Part shown: positions 24,722 to 27,460 of the stretch, one piece after another
Layout: each line of letters begins with the position of its first letter
How positions within the stretch are numbered: the first letter of the stretch is position 1
Origin: a virus
Taxonomy: Duplodnaviria > Caudoviricetes
Virus record (IMG/VR): IMGVR_UViG_3300028767_000080
Span: 1 to 27,460 of that record
Length of the DNA stretch: 27,460 nucleotides
Direction: 5' to 3' (one strand)
Notes under the pieces: model-generated
Database searches by the model: none
Told to the model about the DNA's origin: nothing
The model's input: the letters and a program-made list of their open reading frames with translations, nothing else
Translations under genes and position numbers: made by a program

Positions 24722-25267
24722 ATGGAAAGAACCACGAAACATCGTACAAGTGTTATTACCGGATATGGTAAAAGCCCATCCAATATCTGGGAAATGGAAT
24801 ATGCCGCAGAACAAAGACATAAAACAACAAAAATACTGGCTATTGACCCGGCTTCCCATTGTGGATGGGCTGTAAGCAGGACTGTTTATGGGGTATGGAA
24901 CCTGACTGCTAAAAGGGATGAAAGTGCTGGTATGCGATTAATCCGTATGCGATCTAAAATGATTGAATTGATAAAGGCTGAGGGAATAAACTTGGTAGTA
25001 TTTGAAAGACCGGGAGGACAATTCAAAGGGGCTATCATTGTTCAGTCTGAATTACAAGGACAAATCAAAGTAGTTTGTGAAGACCTTGGAATCAACTACA
25101 GGGCATACTCTTCTATGGAAATGAAAAAACATGCCACCGGGAAAGGAAATGCCGGGAAACCTGCCATGATATCCGCTGCTAAATTGAGATTGGGGTATCC
25201 CGGAAATGACGACAATGAGGCAGATGCTTTGTGGCTTTTGGAACTTGCTAAATCAGAATATAAATAA
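24722..25267 (+). CDS. ruvC: RuvC-like Holliday junction resolvase
   Basis: ILAIDP, VVFE, KKHATGKGNA.K, DNEADA. Confidence 0.9.
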   Translation: MERTTKHRTSVITGYGKSPSNIWEMEYAAEQRHKTTKILAIDPASHCGWAVSRTVYGVWNLTAKRDESAGMRLIRMRSKMIELIKAEGINLVVFERPGGQFKGAIIVQSELQGQIKVVCEDLGINYRAYSSMEMKKHATGKGNAGKPAMISAAKLRLGYPGNDDNEADALWLLELAKSEYK

Positions 25268-25269
25268 CA

Positions 25270-25464
25270 ATGGATAGCCGTTACATTTGCAATCATTTAC
25301 GCAAGCTTATCCGGGTTATGTATATAACTACAGGTAAAGGCTTTTATGCCCGGGAAATCCAGCCAAACCACTTTGAATTTGGTTGTGTTGAACCCCCTGT
25401 TAAGAATGTAGTTCATAGAAGTGTTGCTATTTATTTAATATGTGGAAATTATGAAAACAACTGA
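25270..25464 (+). CDS. Small hypothetical protein
   Basis: 64 aa, fills the operon gap. Confidence 0.5.
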   Translation: MDSRYICNHLRKLIRVMYITTGKGFYAREIQPNHFEFGCVEPPVKNVVHRSVAIYLICGNYENN

Positions 25465-25639
25465 AATTAAAAATAAAGTCAAAATTTTAGTAGCTAAAGA
25501 AAAAGCCCTAAATGATTTGGAATCTTTACTGAAGTATATTTTGAAAAATACCCCGGAAATACCCCCACCAGCTTATGTTCAGAATATTGAAAAAAGAATA
25601 CTTTCTTTACAAACCCAATTTGACGATTTGTTAAAATAA
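25451..25639 (+). CDS. Small hypothetical protein
   Basis: ATG 25451 (MKTTEIK) preferred over GTG 25442. Confidence 0.55.
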   Translation: MKTTEIKNKVKILVAKEKALNDLESLLKYILKNTPEIPPPAYVQNIEKRILSLQTQFDDLLK

Positions 25640-25646
25640 ACATACC

Positions 25647-26702
25647 ATGATCAAAAGTCTTGATATCAAAAATCTTCATAGTCACAAAGAAAGTCACCTT
25701 GAATTTAGGGAAGGAGTGAATGTGATTATAGGGGCTTCCGATGCCGGTAAATCAGCAATAATCCGGGCTTTCAATTGGGCTGCTGAAAACAGGCCTCTTG
25801 GAGACAGTATCCATTCCACATGGGGAGGGGAGACGGTTGTTAATATTGTTACAGATACTGCTGAAATTGAAAGGGCTAAATACAAAAGGGATCAATACAC
25901 CTTATCTGGTATTGAAACCCCTTTTAAAGCTTTCGGCACCAAAGTACCTGAGGAAATACGCCAAGCCCTGAATCTTGATCCAATAAACACTCAATTCCAA
26001 GCTGACCCCCATTTCCTGTTTAGTAAAAGCCCGGGGGAGGCTGCCGTGTTCTTTAATCGGATAGCTAACTTGGAGATACTGGATAAAGCCAGAAACAACA
26101 TCGAAAAAACCATTAATTCTATTGAGGCTGATATAAAGTACAATAAGAAACAATTGGATGTAAAAACACAGGAATTAAATGAATTTGAGTACTTGGAAAA
26201 GCTTGAGATTGAACTTGAGGTGATTGAGGGTTTAGAGGAGGAAAGAAACACCAATTCATCAAAAATCAGTAAGCTGGAAACCTCAATAAATACCTTACGT
26301 GAAATTGAAAGTAAACTGGAGTTATTGAAAGAAAAGATAACAGCTGAGGAAGAAGTTGATATTGTTTTACAATGGATAACTACTTTTGAGGGTAGGAAAA
26401 AGGAAATTGAAAGCTTTACCGATTTATTGTTTGAGATTAATGCTTGTGAATCCGATATCCGGTTAAAAAGCAAAATACTGTTGGCTGAAGCTTCGGTAAA
26501 TAAAGTGATTGAATTGATAGAGGAAGAACAGAAAAACAAAACAATAATTGAGGAATTTGAAAAGTTTTTGTATAATATAAAAAACACTATCAAAAAACTC
26601 ATTATGCTTGAAAAAGAACTTGCGGATATGGAAAAGACTTTTGAAAAAGAAATGCCAGAACGTTGCCCATTATGTGAAACCCTTTTAAAACCAAAATCAT
26701 GA
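25647..26702 (+). CDS. sbcC: SbcC/Rad50-like ATPase, N-terminal half only
   Basis: GVNVIIGASDAGKSAIIRA Walker A, Q-loop, coiled coil, terminal CPLC hook; no signature motif or Walker B. Confidence 0.85.
   Translation: MIKSLDIKNLHSHKESHLEFREGVNVIIGASDAGKSAIIRAFNWAAENRPLGDSIHSTWGGETVVNIVTDTAEIERAKYKRDQYTLSGIETPFKAFGTKVPEEIRQALNLDPINTQFQADPHFLFSKSPGEAAVFFNRIANLEILDKARNNIEKTINSIEADIKYNKKQLDVKTQELNEFEYLEKLEIELEVIEGLEEERNTNSSKISKLETSINTLREIESKLELLKEKITAEEEVDIVLQWITTFEGRKKEIESFTDLLFEINACESDIRLKSKILLAEASVNKVIELIEEEQKNKTIIEEFEKFLYNIKNTIKKLIMLEKELADMEKTFEKEMPERCPLCETLLKPKS
26557..26577 (+). promoter_or_regulatory. Putative phage promoter TTGTATAATA (copy 3, inside sbcC)
   Basis: ttgaaaagtttttgtataata, differing from 2556-2577 by one A. 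Confidence 0.45.
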
Positions 26703-26803
26703 ATCAAGATTTAAAAATTTTGTTTATTTTCATAGCTTTTATAATGGCTTTTGTTTTGTTAGTAGCGATTTTTGTATGGATCCTTAGTTTTTTACTTTCC
26801 TGA
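26699..26803 (+). CDS. Unannotated 34-aa single-pass membrane peptide
   Basis: MNQDLKILFIFIAFIMAFVLLVAIFVWILSFLLS; ATGA overlap with the sbcC stop and ends 2 nt before the next ATG. Confidence 0.6.
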   Translation: MNQDLKILFIFIAFIMAFVLLVAIFVWILSFLLS

Positions 26804-26805
26804 AA

Positions 26806-27093
26806 ATGAAAAGGACTAAATTTCCAATAAACCCCAATATTTCAGAAGTAATGAAAAAAGGGGAAAGTACTTTGCAGGATACTGATATCATGCCGTTTGG
26901 GATATATCATGATAAACAAGTCATGATGGCTAATGTTCCCGCTTGGTATCTCCTAAAGCTTTTTGATTCTGGAAAGTGTTTTGGAGCTATTAAAAACTAC
27001 ATTGCTGATAATGAAACTATATTAAGAACTGAGAATCAAAAAGAAAATGATGCTTGGCGTAAAACCGTAAATGTTAATCGAAATGATTCGTAA
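26806..27093 (+). CDS. DUF3820-like (MPFGKY...VP..YL) small protein
   Basis: IMPFGIYHDKQVMMANVPAWYLLKL. Confidence 0.7.
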   Translation: MKRTKFPINPNISEVMKKGESTLQDTDIMPFGIYHDKQVMMANVPAWYLLKLFDSGKCFGAIKNYIADNETILRTENQKENDAWRKTVNVNRNDS

Positions 27094-27460
27094 ATACCCC
27101 ACTCCTGATCTTATCCTTTCCGCTGATTGGCATCTGCGTGAAGATACCCCAATATGTCATACCGGGGATTTTCAAAAAGAACAATGGGATGCCATGAGGT
27201 TTATTTCCAATTTGCAGAAGGAATACGGATGCCCTGTAATATGTAGTGGGGATTTATTCCATCACTGGAAGCCAAGCCCAGAACTATTATCAAAAGCCTC
27301 TATATACATGCCTAAAGAGGTTTATGCAGTATATGGAAACCATGATTTGCCTCAACATAATATGGATTTATCTGAAAAATCAGGATTCTATAATTTGGCA
27401 ATAAATGGTAAAATATCAAGGTTGGATGAAGGTTCTGAAATTGAAGGTTGTTCATGGAAT
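27083..27460 (+). CDS. sbcD: SbcD/Mre11-like metallophosphoesterase nuclease (truncated by the window end)
   Basis: Manual translation MIRKYPTPDLILSADWHL...SGDLFH...VYGNHD; open to the window end and absent from the ORF track. Confidence 0.88.
   Translation, partial: MIRKYPTPDLILSADWHLREDTPICHTGDFQKEQWDAMRFISNLQKEYGCPVICSGDLFHHWKPSPELLSKASIYMPKEVYAVYGNHDLPQHNMDLSEKSGFYNLAINGKISRLDEGSEIEGCSWN

Overview
AT-rich, gene-dense segment of a large dsDNA bacteriophage with every credible gene on the + strand. The host is probably Bacteroidota: there are two TAnnTTTG promoters and most genes have AT-rich leaders without a Shine-Dalgarno. The window holds a replication and recombination module: DnaC-like loader, DnaB-like helicase, beta clamp, Dam-like methylase, a family A polymerase split over two genes (UDG-exonuclease, and a polymerase with an HNH intein), clamp loader, UvsY-like protein, gp32-like SSB, RecA, RuvC, the N-half of SbcC, and SbcD. 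Embedded in it (4039-12118) is a tightly coupled, unexplained enzyme cluster: an acidic protein sharing a module with the SSB, two paralogous SPL-like radical SAM enzymes, a methyltransferase-fold protein, an aldo/keto reductase, a second PCNA/gp45-like clamp, an unannotated 44-aa basic peptide and a DUF2156/GNAT transferase. This is a candidate new replication-coupled DNA (or peptide) modification system. The CxxxCxxC motif of the second radical SAM is interrupted by two inteins 7 residues apart. The second intein is split across two ORFs, with the endonuclease fused to its C-fragment. All calls come from reading motifs by eye; no database searches were run.
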